A stretch of 64,000 nt of DNA from an uncultured Acidimicrobiia bacterium. Lineage in GTDB: Bacteria > Acidobacteriota > Terriglobia > Versatilivoradales > Versatilivoraceae. The notes under the pieces are model-generated. The model worked only from the letters and a program-made list of their open reading frames with translations, made no database searches and had not been told where the DNA came from. The stretch lies in the NCBI GenBank assembly GCA_963786955.1, contig CAWBAT010000004.1, positions 608,001-672,000 of the forward strand. The letters are read 5' to 3'. The position numbers were made by a program, and so were the translations under genes. This document shows positions 41,880 through 51,968 of the stretch, piece by piece (the stretch's first letter is position 1; each line of letters begins with the position of its first letter).

Positions 41880-42641
41880 ATGACAAGGGAAGAGAGACAG
41901 ACTCTTGCAGACAGCGCGCCTCGCTGGATGTACGAATTTGATCTGGGCGACGGAATCAAAACACCGCTGCTGACTGAAGAACTTCGGTCTGTTCACGAGA
42001 CACGCGAAAAGGCGATCTTCCCCTTAATCGATCGCTTATACCCCAAAGGACTGGAACGGAGGCAGTGCCTGGATGTAGCCTGTAACGAAGGTTATTTCTC
42101 ACAATTGCTTTACCAACGCGGAGCTGCCGTCAAAGGGATCGACATCCGGGATCTCAACATCCAGAGGGCCAGAACGGTCCAGGAACTTTATCGTATGGAT
42201 TCTGAACGCCTTCGCTTTGAGGTTGCCGATTTCCTGCTGAATCAGGATACACCCGACAGCTATGAGGTGGTTCTCTTCCTAGGGTTGCTCTACCATTTGG
42301 AAAACCCCATGGGAGCTCTTCGGATCCTTTACCGAATTACACGGACGATTGTAGTGATCGACACGCAACTGACGCGTCAGAACACACCCGTGAAGACGGG
42401 TTGGGGCCAGACTTCAGTCACTCTGGAGTTGCCTGCGAGTGTCGCTTTGCTACAGCAGGAAGACTCTGAAATAAACAACTTGGCTTCGTGGAAGAATTTA
42501 AGTTTTATTCCGAACGCGGCCGCGGTCAGGCAGATGCTTTTTGCAGCGGGCTTCTCGAGCGTCCTGCAGATCGCTGCTCCTCCCGGTTCAAACCCCCAAT
42601 ACTTGAACAACGACCGGGGGATTTTTGTTGCCTTCAAATAG
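41880..42641 (+). CDS. class I SAM-dependent methyltransferase
   Basis: LDVACNEGYFS, GIDIR, VLFLGLLYHLENP. Confidence 0.88.
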   Translation: MTREERQTLADSAPRWMYEFDLGDGIKTPLLTEELRSVHETREKAIFPLIDRLYPKGLERRQCLDVACNEGYFSQLLYQRGAAVKGIDIRDLNIQRARTVQELYRMDSERLRFEVADFLLNQDTPDSYEVVLFLGLLYHLENPMGALRILYRITRTIVVIDTQLTRQNTPVKTGWGQTSVTLELPASVALLQQEDSEINNLASWKNLSFIPNAAAVRQMLFAAGFSSVLQIAAPPGSNPQYLNNDRGIFVAFK

Positions 42642-42649
42642 GTCATTGG

Positions 42650-43432
42650 TCAAGCTGGCTTCTGTTCAACCAACGTAAAGACAGTCTGGTTGAACCAGTA
42701 ATTGTCGTAATGAATCTGGCACATCGGCTTAACCCTGCTCCGGATGAAATCTCCTCCGAATTCCCATACCACAGGATACTCTCCGAGTTCTCCATGAAAA
42801 CTGGGGGAAAGCTTGTGCACTACTTCGGCAGAAGGGCCTCTAAGAATTCTTTGACGAGTGATGCGATCATGAAGAACCGGCACCGTGTAGAAATGGTAGC
42901 CTCCAGGCTTAAGCACCCTTTCAGCTTCTCTCAGTGCTTGTTTAAAATCGTAGACATGTTCCAGGGTTTCCGAGTGAATCACCAGATCAAAGGAATTATC
43001 AGGAAATGTCAGTTGGCAAAAATCCAGATTGATTACTCGGTTAATTTCTTCGCCCATGGCTCTCTCGGAATCATAGGTGGTTTCCACCAAATTGGCCGCT
43101 CCGGACAGTGCAGCACTGAGATGATTCGTTTGGTTTAAATGGAGTACGCGCAGCTCACTTAAACGGGGACACACTTTTTTGATGCTCCACAGCAGCATTC
43201 TAACGCGCTTGGACATCTGGCAACCTTGACAGATATGTCCTTCTCGCACGTCAAACAAGCTCCTCTCCTTCCCAGTGAGTTCCCAGCTTGCCGCCAGCTC
43301 ATTGGAGATGATCTTGCGTCTTTCAAAGCGTCGACCACCACAATGAACACAACCATTTCTGTCGATGCGGCAAAATAATAAGGCTGAACCCGGTCCTCGG
43401 AGATGACTGAGAAGTTGGGAGAGGCTGCCCAT
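42650..43432 (-). CDS. methyltransferase (type 11-like) with N-terminal Cys pairs
   Basis: CVHC...CQGC, FPDNSFDLVI.SETLEHV, RVLKPGG. Confidence 0.82.
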   Translation of the reverse strand: MGSLSQLLSHLRGPGSALLFCRIDRNGCVHCGGRRFERRKIISNELAASWELTGKERSLFDVREGHICQGCQMSKRVRMLLWSIKKVCPRLSELRVLHLNQTNHLSAALSGAANLVETTYDSERAMGEEINRVINLDFCQLTFPDNSFDLVIHSETLEHVYDFKQALREAERVLKPGGYHFYTVPVLHDRITRQRILRGPSAEVVHKLSPSFHGELGEYPVVWEFGGDFIRSRVKPMCQIHYDNYWFNQTVFTLVEQKPA

Positions 43433-43559
43433 AGCTGCTGCTCTCTAATGGATCCAAAGACAGAAATGTTATCTTGACGCTTGAAAAATTCTCTCCCGAG
43501 CGTTAGAGAATCTGGTTCCTCTCATGACAAATCAATCGTTGCGGATGGTGAATGGATAG

Positions 43560-44495
43560 TTATGGGTTGCGGGCAACGGGTTTGAAATACTCTTCATCAA
43601 TCTGGACGTTCTGGCCGTTTCTCATTTCCTTTAAAAAGTTCTCGAATTTTTGGTTTCGCAGATCGGTATCAACCTCCTTGCGAACATCCTCGAGTTTAGG
43701 CTTCCTCCGGTCTTCAACTTTAACAATCTCATATCCCAGTGCCGTTGCTTGTACTTCGCTAATCGATCCGACCGGAATCGAAAAAATTAATTGTTCGAGA
43801 GGTGGTACGATCAGGTGGGTCTTGGTCCCTCTCCGGATGTAACCTAAGTCTCCGCCTTTTCCTGAAGACATGGGGTCTGAGGAATATTTAGCCGCTATTT
43901 CCTCGAAGTCTGCGCCTTCGAGAAGCTTCTTTCGTATTTCTTCTGCCTTGGCAAGCGCTTCTTCCTTGGTCGCAGGAGATTCCATCCCTGCTGTACCACT
44001 GTTAGGAAGGCTAAAGGGCGCCTGGAATACGATCCTCCTGACCCGAGCTTCCTCATATTTGGTGATGTTGTCGTCCAGGAACTTTTGGGCTTCTTCTGCG
44101 GTTGCGGTCATTTCCTTTTGTAGTTCCTGTCGAACTGCATACATGAGGATACTGTCTCGCGCGATGTTAAGGCGTATTTTCACCTCCTCCCTCTCGTCGA
44201 GATGACGTTTTTCGGCTTCCTTTGTCAAAAGCTTGCTATTCAGGATGTATTCTGCAAGCTGCCTCTTTCCCTGCCCTGAATAAAACGAGCGCTGTTGAGG
44301 TGGAAAATTCTCTAACATTTTTTCAGTATCTCTGGCCGTGATTTTGAGATCGCCGATAACAATCACCACTTTGTCCGGAGGGGTGACGATTGGCGAATCT
44401 ACTTTCCCTCCTGTCTGCGCGTGTAGCTGACAAGGGATCGTCCAGAAAAAAAGGCTCAACAATAGAAAAGAAAGTGCAAAGGATTTTGATGGCAA
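43560..44495 (-). CDS. secreted parvulin/PpiC-type peptidyl-prolyl isomerase (PrsA/SurA-like)
   Basis: Signal peptide; GADFEEIAAKYSSD..S..KGGDLG, GSISE, GYEIVKV. Confidence 0.9.
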   Translation of the reverse strand: MPSKSFALSFLLLSLFFWTIPCQLHAQTGGKVDSPIVTPPDKVVIVIGDLKITARDTEKMLENFPPQQRSFYSGQGKRQLAEYILNSKLLTKEAEKRHLDEREEVKIRLNIARDSILMYAVRQELQKEMTATAEEAQKFLDDNITKYEEARVRRIVFQAPFSLPNSGTAGMESPATKEEALAKAEEIRKKLLEGADFEEIAAKYSSDPMSSGKGGDLGYIRRGTKTHLIVPPLEQLIFSIPVGSISEVQATALGYEIVKVEDRRKPKLEDVRKEVDTDLRNQKFENFLKEMRNGQNVQIDEEYFKPVARNP

Positions 44496-44639
44496 GAGGA
44501 ACTCCTTTCAGCGAAAAAGACGTGTCCAAGATCGCAAGCGTAATATAACCGTTTGGCTATGAAATTAAAACCTACAAAATACAATCAGGGCGGGCTGTAT
44601 TTCCCAGAATTGTTCGAACATTTTATGTTTATCCAATGC

Positions 44640-44963
44640 CATTCACCCCTCGACGAATCGAGGGGTGAATGAAATGTCCGTGCTTGAGAACGTGTCCTCC
44701 CCGGCTCAGCTTGGTGTTTGGACATCTGTGCAGGCCAGAGGCCCGCACCACAACCTTGTGGTGCAGGCGTCCCGCCTGCCTCAAGCGGCCTGAAAGGCCT
44801 ATTCACGCCGTAGCCGAGGGCAACGCCCTCGGTGACGATTCCAAAATGTCCGGTGCCCTGTAAGGGCAACACAATCAGTAGCCGGCCGCGGTGAGGCCGG
44901 GCCGGCGTCACCGATCCCTGCTCCAACGAATGTCCGCGGCGGTCTCAGCGAGACCGCCCTACC
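44640..44963. repeat. composite REP block (14-bp-stem hairpin plus families A, D, C, B)
   Basis: CATTCACCCCTCGA hairpin; A pair 44728-44779; GTAGCCGAGGGCAACGCCCTCGG; GTAGCCGGCC..GAGGCCGG; GGCGGTCTC..GAGACCGCCCTAC. Confidence 0.85.
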
Positions 44964-45144
44964 TTACCCCTGGAGCTCTCTTTAGCCAAGGGAAACACTC
45001 GAAGAACAACACCGAAACCAATTCTTGCACACCTTCACGCCGCCCCGAAGACTAACCGAGTGCCTTTCTTAGTGGCATCCAACAGTTTGTGGCCTATAAT
45101 TAGATTAATATTTCGATTTAAGCTTGATTCATTAGGAGGTCGAA

Positions 45145-47946
45145 ATGGGAAGATCCTCTCTAAAACCAAACTCTTCCCACGGAGCCTGCCGTATCGGCGT
45201 GGGAACAAAGCTCTCAGTTCCTGGATTGCGACGGTGCTTCATGGCATCCCTGGGAGCACTGGTCTTCCAGTTCGCATTGATACAATCGCTCTTTGCCCAA
45301 ACAATCTCCCAAGATTTGAGTACCTCCGTTGCAAATGTGAACTTTAACGGAGTGGCTGAACTGTTGGGGCCAGTCGCTCTCACTCGGAGCGCCAGTGGGG
45401 GAGCGACTCAAACGACCCAAGCCAGCACCCTCTATTTTCAATATCTGGAAGTTCCTATTAGCAATCTTTTCGCAGGGCAAGGCAGTGTCAACCCGGTCAC
45501 AGGTATTTTTGCTGATTCGGGCGGGATCACGGTCACCGTGACCGGTGGATACATCAATGCGGGGGTCACGGTACAGGTGACCAACATTGGATCAGGAATC
45601 TCAACCAGCGGGATATTGGCCATTTCTCTTCCAGGCGGGCTGAATGTCTCCGCGGGGGATCAGATCAGGGTTAATGGGGTTAAGGGGAACGCTAAAGACA
45701 TCGCGTTGGGCAGTAAAATCTCATGCTCCATCTCGGCTCTACCCGGGGGAAGCCATTCCTTCGTTATTAGCTCTGTCGGTACCGTCGGATTTGTTCAATA
45801 TTTGACTCCAATACTCACTACAGCGTCACCGCTGCCTGATTCAATACTCTACATGACCTATTCGCAGACTCTCAAAGCTACAGGAGGGACTGCACCCTAC
45901 ACTTTTACCCTCGATAGCGGCAAACTCCCGCCCGGGTGCCTCATCATGACGGGAACAGGGGAGATTAAGGGCTTCCCTGAAATCGGTGGAGCTTACGTTT
46001 TCGTGGTAAAAGTAACAGACTCTCTCGGAGCGTCCGGGAAAAAAGAATATGTTATGAATGTGGTGGGTTTCACAACCTCACCTTTTGAGCTTAGCTTTGG
46101 AAATGTTCCTGTCGGCACCGCTTCAACATTGAAGCTCACAGCTACAAACACCGGGCCCACCAAACTGGACATCACTCTGGGTGTTACCAAGCCTGAGATC
46201 TTCCAGATTTCTCAGACAAGCTTAAGTCTTGAGGCCGGAAAGTCGGGAACATTCGCCGTCACTTTTAATCCTCTGAATCAATTATACGTGAATGCTAATG
46301 TCCTCCTCTCCATTCCAGGGCTCAACGCGGCTGTGAGCTTGAAAGGGCGAGGCACTTCCGGGCAGGGGAATTTGCAAACTTCCATCATTCCTGTTAATGG
46401 ATCCACAGCCGGAGGCACTCGGGTGCATATCCGAGGACAGAATTTTAGGCCGGGTATCAACGCTCTCCTCGGAGGTGTGGCTCTTTCAGATCTATCCCTC
46501 ATCAGTGACACGGAGTTGGCCGGCACGACGGCACCACATCGGCCCGGCGCCATAGAACTCACCGTTATTAAGGCTGATGGGACAAGTAACACGCTGGCTA
46601 ATGCGTTTACTTATAGAGATCTTCCAAAGGTTTCGGCTGCTCCCGGATCGCAGCGGATCCCCTTTGTCATAGACAATGACCAATTTCGGACCAATTTGGG
46701 AGTCAATAATTTGGGAGACCAGATGGCCACGACAACGGTCACGCTGGTCGACTGCAGTGGCTTCTTGCTGGGACAGAAAATCCTCACGGTCCCCGCCAAA
46801 GGTTTGACCCAAGTCTCTCATATTGTCCGCTTTCTCGAAGACACCACCCAGATCACCGGACGTGAGGGGTATCTTCTTTTGGAGTCTGATCAACCTGTTT
46901 TGGGTTGGGTATCTCAAATTGACAATTTGACATTGGACCCAAGCCTGCAAATTTCCGCATCCGAAACTGCTTCGCGAATCTTAATCCCCTCTTCTGTCTC
47001 AAATGGGCGATTCGCTACGAGCTTGCTCATCTTGAACAGCAGCCCTAGCGCTGGTCACGTGAATGTCCTGGCTCGCAATAGTGCCGGGTCTCTCCAAGTT
47101 TCACTTTCGAATTTAAATATTGCCAGCAACGGCTATCTGCTTTTTGAAGATTTCTATAAGACCGTTGGACTAAATAACGTTTCAGGTCCAATTGAAATAG
47201 TGGCTTTGGATGACATTCAAATCATGGCTAGCGCTCGGGTCTTTAGCACGGACCATACCGGAGCCTACCTCGCCGGAATTGCCCCGAGCAGGGCTTCCAA
47301 AGAACTTTTCTTGCCTTACTTTGTCAACAGCCTGGATTTTCGCACCAACCTTGTAGTGAACAATCCGGGGACAAAGTCTGCTACTGTAACCATTACGCTC
47401 ACTGACAAAGAGGGCGAGGCTCTCGGCTGCCAGATGGCCAACGTCCCTCCCAACGGCCTTGCACAGTTTAACGACATCATCCGTGCACTTATTGGAGGTT
47501 CTCAGAATGCCAACTTAGAAGGTTGGATTCGTCTGAATTCGGATCAGGAAATTTTTGGATGGACTTCACAGATCGATAATACAGTCCAAGATCCGAGTTT
47601 CGCCGAAGCAATCCTGTCAGGAAATTCGAGATGGCTGATCCCCTCGGCAGTGAAAGCCGGAACCTTCCAATCGACCTTGGTGGTGGTGAATCTGGATTCA
47701 GCGGATAATCAGGTTGAACTGCTAGCCAGGGATCCCGCGGGTAACGTGAGAAAGTCAGAAACGATTATGATCCCGGGAAATGGAATGATTACTCTTCCAG
47801 ATGTCCTTGCACGGCTGGGACTCGAAGGCGTCTTCGGACCGCTGGAAGTTCGCTCAGCCAGCAACGGACGCCTGCTGGTGCAATCACGTGTTTATACTGC
47901 TGCACGATATAGTGGAATATTCGAAGGGATTGCTCTGAACCCTTGA
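45145..47946 (+). CDS. large secreted multi-Ig surface protein (S-layer-like N-domain, Ig, IPT/TIG, four C-terminal beta repeats); start uncertain
   Basis: ATGGTAPYTF..G.LPPG, LSFGNVPVG, GSTAGGT.V.I.G.NF, repeated FRTNL.VNN / GW.SQIDN...DPS. Confidence 0.8.
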   Translation: MGRSSLKPNSSHGACRIGVGTKLSVPGLRRCFMASLGALVFQFALIQSLFAQTISQDLSTSVANVNFNGVAELLGPVALTRSASGGATQTTQASTLYFQYLEVPISNLFAGQGSVNPVTGIFADSGGITVTVTGGYINAGVTVQVTNIGSGISTSGILAISLPGGLNVSAGDQIRVNGVKGNAKDIALGSKISCSISALPGGSHSFVISSVGTVGFVQYLTPILTTASPLPDSILYMTYSQTLKATGGTAPYTFTLDSGKLPPGCLIMTGTGEIKGFPEIGGAYVFVVKVTDSLGASGKKEYVMNVVGFTTSPFELSFGNVPVGTASTLKLTATNTGPTKLDITLGVTKPEIFQISQTSLSLEAGKSGTFAVTFNPLNQLYVNANVLLSIPGLNAAVSLKGRGTSGQGNLQTSIIPVNGSTAGGTRVHIRGQNFRPGINALLGGVALSDLSLISDTELAGTTAPHRPGAIELTVIKADGTSNTLANAFTYRDLPKVSAAPGSQRIPFVIDNDQFRTNLGVNNLGDQMATTTVTLVDCSGFLLGQKILTVPAKGLTQVSHIVRFLEDTTQITGREGYLLLESDQPVLGWVSQIDNLTLDPSLQISASETASRILIPSSVSNGRFATSLLILNSSPSAGHVNVLARNSAGSLQVSLSNLNIASNGYLLFEDFYKTVGLNNVSGPIEIVALDDIQIMASARVFSTDHTGAYLAGIAPSRASKELFLPYFVNSLDFRTNLVVNNPGTKSATVTITLTDKEGEALGCQMANVPPNGLAQFNDIIRALIGGSQNANLEGWIRLNSDQEIFGWTSQIDNTVQDPSFAEAILSGNSRWLIPSAVKAGTFQSTLVVVNLDSADNQVELLARDPAGNVRKSETIMIPGNGMITLPDVLARLGLEGVFGPLEVRSASNGRLLVQSRVYTAARYSGIFEGIALNP

Positions 47947-47974
47947 GCTTCGAACTGCCGGCGAAGAGCAAACA

Positions 47975-48506
47975 TTCGTTGTAGCCGGGGTCGTTGACCC
48001 CGGCCCCAGGCCGGCCTCACCGAGGCCGGCTACAGCTAAGAATAATTTTCGAGGTTTCACAACACATGGTAGGGCGGTCTCGTGAGACCGCCGCAAATGT
48101 TCGTTGTAGCCGGGGTCGTTGACCCCGGCCCCAGGCCGGCCTCACCGAGGCCGGGTACAGTTAAGAATAATTTTTGAGGTTTCACAACACATGGTAGGGC
48201 GGTCTCGTTGAGACCGCCGCAAATGTTCGTTGTAGCCGGGGTCATTGACCCCGGCCCCAGGCCGGCCTCACCGAGGCCGGCTACAGTTAAGAATAATTTT
48301 TGAGGTTTCACAACACAAGGTAGGGCGGTCTCGCTGAGACCGCCGCAAATGTTCGTTGTAGCCGGGGTCGTTGACCCCGGCCCCAGGCCGGCCTCACCGA
48401 GGCCGGCTACAGTTAAGAATAATTTTTGAGGTTTCACAACACAAGGTAGGGCGGTCTCGCTGAGACCGCCGCGAACGTTCGTTGTAGGCCGGGTCACCGA
48501 CCCGGC
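47975..48506. repeat. tandem array of 126-bp REP-doublet units (4 full plus 1 partial), BIME-like
   Basis: GTAGCCGGGG anchors at 47981, 48106, 48232, 48358 and a variant at 48484; linker nearly invariant. Confidence 0.95.
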
Positions 48507-48546
48507 GCCAATCTTTCCAAATTTCCTGCTCTGGAAGAGTTTACAA

Positions 48547-49371
48547 CTACTTTTTCGTTCCCTCAGCTGGGGGGATTTGATCCGCCGGCAAGATAAAAGC
48601 TTTAAAATAGAGCTGAATCATCTCCTTGATCGGAAGAAACTCCACAACGAACGAGTGATCAATACGGCCTTTCAGTTTAGACGTATCCAACTCCACAATC
48701 ACTTCCCCTTTTTCATGCGGGTTGATCATCCGCTTTTCGGTTTTGTTTTTTAGGAAGTCGGCTCTGAGATAGATGTTTTCAACTTTGATAGGCTGAGATG
48801 AGAGATTCGTAAACGGAAACTTCAGAGTGATTGGGAGTCCTATGGGGACAGTCCCCAATTTGAGGTGATCTTGGTCAAACTTAACCTCTTTTCCTGCTGA
48901 GAGGCCCAGGAGGGGACCCGGGGCAGATTGCGGCGTCTTCGAATATTCTTCCATTTTTTGCGCAAGGCTTTGCGGAGGGTTTTCTATATCGCAGTACCAG
49001 TTTCCTTTCAGTAATCTCCATCGTGTGTAATTTGGCACTTCCATTCGGTACGGAAACTTGGCGGTACCCCCAGTGCTGATACTAGCCTCAACAGCGGCAG
49101 ACGTGCCTTCCTCCTCCATCTTCACAACAATAATTCTAAACGCATCAACTGGATCCCGTTTTTGAGTCAAAAAGCGCTTCCTGGATTTCGGCAGTACAAG
49201 CTCTGCGGCCTTTTTGAGGTCGTTGCTTTTGATATCATTGTAATACTCCGTTACTCTTTGCTTGATTTTCTCGGCTTCAGGATTTGCCTGGATGGTGTCA
49301 GTAGCCTGTCCAAGAAACTCCGGAGCACTCAATAAATTCAAAAAGAGGAGTAGTAAAAAGCAGTAACCCAT
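48547..49371 (-). CDS. secreted protein with C-terminal DUF1573-like Ig domain
   Basis: GGGAGG RBS, signal MGYCFLLLL; FPFTN.S.QPI.V...INP.EKGEV.V.LDT. Confidence 0.7.
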   Translation of the reverse strand: MGYCFLLLLFLNLLSAPEFLGQATDTIQANPEAEKIKQRVTEYYNDIKSNDLKKAAELVLPKSRKRFLTQKRDPVDAFRIIVVKMEEEGTSAAVEASISTGGTAKFPYRMEVPNYTRWRLLKGNWYCDIENPPQSLAQKMEEYSKTPQSAPGPLLGLSAGKEVKFDQDHLKLGTVPIGLPITLKFPFTNLSSQPIKVENIYLRADFLKNKTEKRMINPHEKGEVIVELDTSKLKGRIDHSFVVEFLPIKEMIQLYFKAFILPADQIPPAEGTKK

Positions 49372-49633
49372 GCCTCCCTTGACAATAGCCAAGAGATCCC
49401 CTCCTATTTTAGGAGGGGTCTGGGGCTGGTAATGGCCTGCCCGTACAAACTCAAACCCATTGGCCCCTCCTTTAACAGAATAGCGGCGTGCGACCATTTC
49501 AAATCCATCGGAATATTTGGCGTTCCTGTTGATTACTTGCTGCTTTTCCAATATCCCTCCTTCGCGCGTGATAAAAACAATGTGACTGTATTTATGAAAC
49601 AGAGCAGTTAACCGCAAGACTGTTGATGATATC

Positions 49634-49670
49634 AAAAAAATGGGGTAGCCACCTTCGTAGCTACCCCATT
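49634..49670 (-). terminator. strong intrinsic terminator of the S-layer-like gene
   Basis: AATGGGGTAGC...GCTACCCCAT followed by a T7 run on the minus strand. Confidence 0.9.
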
Positions 49671-49706
49671 AGAAGATACAAAGACTCAGACTAGACTAAC
49701 GACTCA

Positions 49707-51296
49707 TTACTCGCCCAGAGATTCTGGATAAAATCTCGCTGTTGATGTTCCTGATGTATTCAACACGAGGGCCAGATAGCCTTGAGCTGTATCGAGAGTC
49801 CCGCCGATTGTGCCTTGCGTAATATAAGCAAAGCCATGACCAAACCGGAAGTCGCATACGGCTATCAGATACCCAAACTTTTGTGCGCCAAAGGCTGAGA
49901 AAGGCGTAGCATAGGTATCCCCTGGCACGATGACAGACGTTGTTACTGGAGTGGGTGCTACTGGAGCTGCTCCGAAGGTCTGTGGGTAGAAGTAGAACTT
50001 GATCACTCCAGGATCGCCAACGGTCGGAGGATTGATCGCCCCTACGTCATAACCCGTATTGGCAATGGCAATACCTGTGTCATAACCAAAGGATGGCAAC
50101 GAACCCACCCATGGGAACAACAGGTTTGTGACGCAATCGACATACTGGACAACGTCGAATGCTGTCCTAAGCGGGTCGGCAAAACGAGGCAGGGCTGTGA
50201 AAGGACTAGCATCAGGAGGTTGCTCCTGGGCCTGCAAGGCCATAATCGAATTGGGAAGAGTGGACAGGCCTACGCCAATTTGCCCAGCAGCGGGTGTAGC
50301 GCTGCCCGTAAATGTCCAGTTAAAGGTATACGTTTCAACCGTATTGTCGCTTCCTGCCTGCGAGGGGGTGGTGAATGAGTAAAGGGCGTTTTCACCATTG
50401 GTGGCCTGTGAAACAAGAGTGAGTGCGGACTGCTGGGGGACCGCATTAATGTTCTCATTGCTTGCAACACTAGCCGGCCAGTTAGCCTTCACGCCAGTTG
50501 GCAAACCATTAAAAACAAAATAAACCCAGCTATTTGCGTTCCCCCCGGCTGCTAAGTTTATCGGCGGACCAACTGAGCTCCTGCCATCTGTCGGCGCAGC
50601 AACACCCGCAATCGCCACGTATTGAACCCAGGTAGTCAGTGACTCTTCCTTAACGGTAAAAGCCAAACTGCCTGACGGTTGGCAGATTGGAACCCTTACT
50701 ATGGGGTTTCCACTGATGCTAAAGTTGTCCACAACAAAGGCAACTGTTGGGGACGAAGTCACAATGAAATTACTCGATCCGCTAGGAGCTGCGGTAAACT
50801 GGGTAATCACGATGCTCGAAATGGCTCTGCCTATTACACTGGAGCGAATACCCCTAAGTATGATCTGATCATTCGCCGCAGGCGCAGCAGCGGCACCAAA
50901 TCTAATGCTCACCGTCCCGCCGATGCTTGGGACATTGGAGTTGACCGTAACCGTGTAAGCTGGAAAGCCCGCAGTTGTGGTCAGAGACCATCCATTCACG
51001 CCAACACAAGTCGTGGCACCGCCAGCACAAGCGACATTGGTAGCGGCCTGCGTGGGAGTAATCGCAGATTGAGAGAAGGTAATTGTAACCTGGTCATTTG
51101 TGGCGATTCCCGTCGGGAGTGGACTAGCTGCTACTGATAAAAGAACATCACCCATCACTTCAGCTGCACCGTTCTTTACGGCGTTAAGGGGTGAAGTCTG
51201 GACTTGGTAAGTAATAGCGGCCTGGGCACTCAATGCAAAACCGAGCACCAAGAGCGCGCATACCAATGATGATACTATTGTATTTTTTACTCGCAT
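49707..51296 (-). CDS. putative major surface (S-layer-like) protein
   Basis: GAGGAG RBS, signal ending AQA, A/T/G/S/V/P-rich; C-terminal TNLLFP..GYDTGIAIANT...GYLIAVC.F..GHGFAYI..GYLALV. Confidence 0.7.
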   Translation of the reverse strand: MRVKNTIVSSLVCALLVLGFALSAQAAITYQVQTSPLNAVKNGAAEVMGDVLLSVAASPLPTGIATNDQVTITFSQSAITPTQAATNVACAGGATTCVGVNGWSLTTTAGFPAYTVTVNSNVPSIGGTVSIRFGAAAAPAANDQIILRGIRSSVIGRAISSIVITQFTAAPSGSSNFIVTSSPTVAFVVDNFSISGNPIVRVPICQPSGSLAFTVKEESLTTWVQYVAIAGVAAPTDGRSSVGPPINLAAGGNANSWVYFVFNGLPTGVKANWPASVASNENINAVPQQSALTLVSQATNGENALYSFTTPSQAGSDNTVETYTFNWTFTGSATPAAGQIGVGLSTLPNSIMALQAQEQPPDASPFTALPRFADPLRTAFDVVQYVDCVTNLLFPWVGSLPSFGYDTGIAIANTGYDVGAINPPTVGDPGVIKFYFYPQTFGAAPVAPTPVTTSVIVPGDTYATPFSAFGAQKFGYLIAVCDFRFGHGFAYITQGTIGGTLDTAQGYLALVLNTSGTSTARFYPESLGE

Positions 51297-51629
51297 TTTC
51301 TCTCCTCGTTTAAAGTTTAATTCGACAAAACATTCAGATGTGGGGTCCCAACTTCTGTCTTGCAGATACAGCTTGTCAATCAACCGGTTCACTAAGTATA
51401 CAACTGAGAAGTGGAATTTGTGTCACCAGCGTTCAAAAATATCTTTTGGTTCCATAACTCTGGCAAACACGCGGAGAATCAGGTGACAGACTAGATGTTT
51501 TCGTTACACCCTAACTCCGGATATTCTGAAAGACTCTAGATCTCTCACCTCCTTTAGACACCTAATTCATTCCTCTAGATCCAATATTTTTCTTGGTTAA
51601 TTTGTTAAGACTATTAAAATAACGCGCTT

Positions 51630-51658
51630 ACGTTAACACCCTGAATTTTTGATGTCAA
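51630..51658 (-). promoter_or_regulatory. candidate sigma70 promoter for the S-layer-like gene
   Basis: TTGACA-17bp-TAACGT in an AT-rich region. Confidence 0.5.
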
Positions 51659-51968
51659 GATTATTTTTTGGCCTGCACCAGCTTAAATTAATGGAACCAA
51701 AATAGTTGCGCCGGGTTCACTGAGAATTTAACAAAACTCGTCCGGGAGAGTAAAGCTCACCATTTTTGTTCTAGATCAAAGCGTAGTCCAAAAACTTTGC
51801 TACCGGGAAATTTCACAGTGAAATATTATTCCAATTCAAAATCGAAATGCAACATGAAAATCTTAGGCATGTCTCCCAAACTTCATCGGATCAGGTACCT
51901 TTTCGGATGCAGGCCGAGAAACCTTACAAAAATCTTCACCGGGGGCGTTCAATCATTCTGCATATTCA

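Noticed and set aside
44585-44926. ORFs in REP blocks (also 54779-54976, 62882-63136, 51797-52098)
   Set aside because: They are translations of GC-rich palindromic repeats.
47884-48497. Repeat-protein ORFs (42-aa repeats)
   Set aside because: They follow from the 126-bp period; a 1-bp deletion in one unit breaks the frame and there is no evident RBS.
47975-48506. CRISPR array
   Set aside because: Sequences between the palindromes are nearly identical rather than unique spacers, and no cas genes are present.
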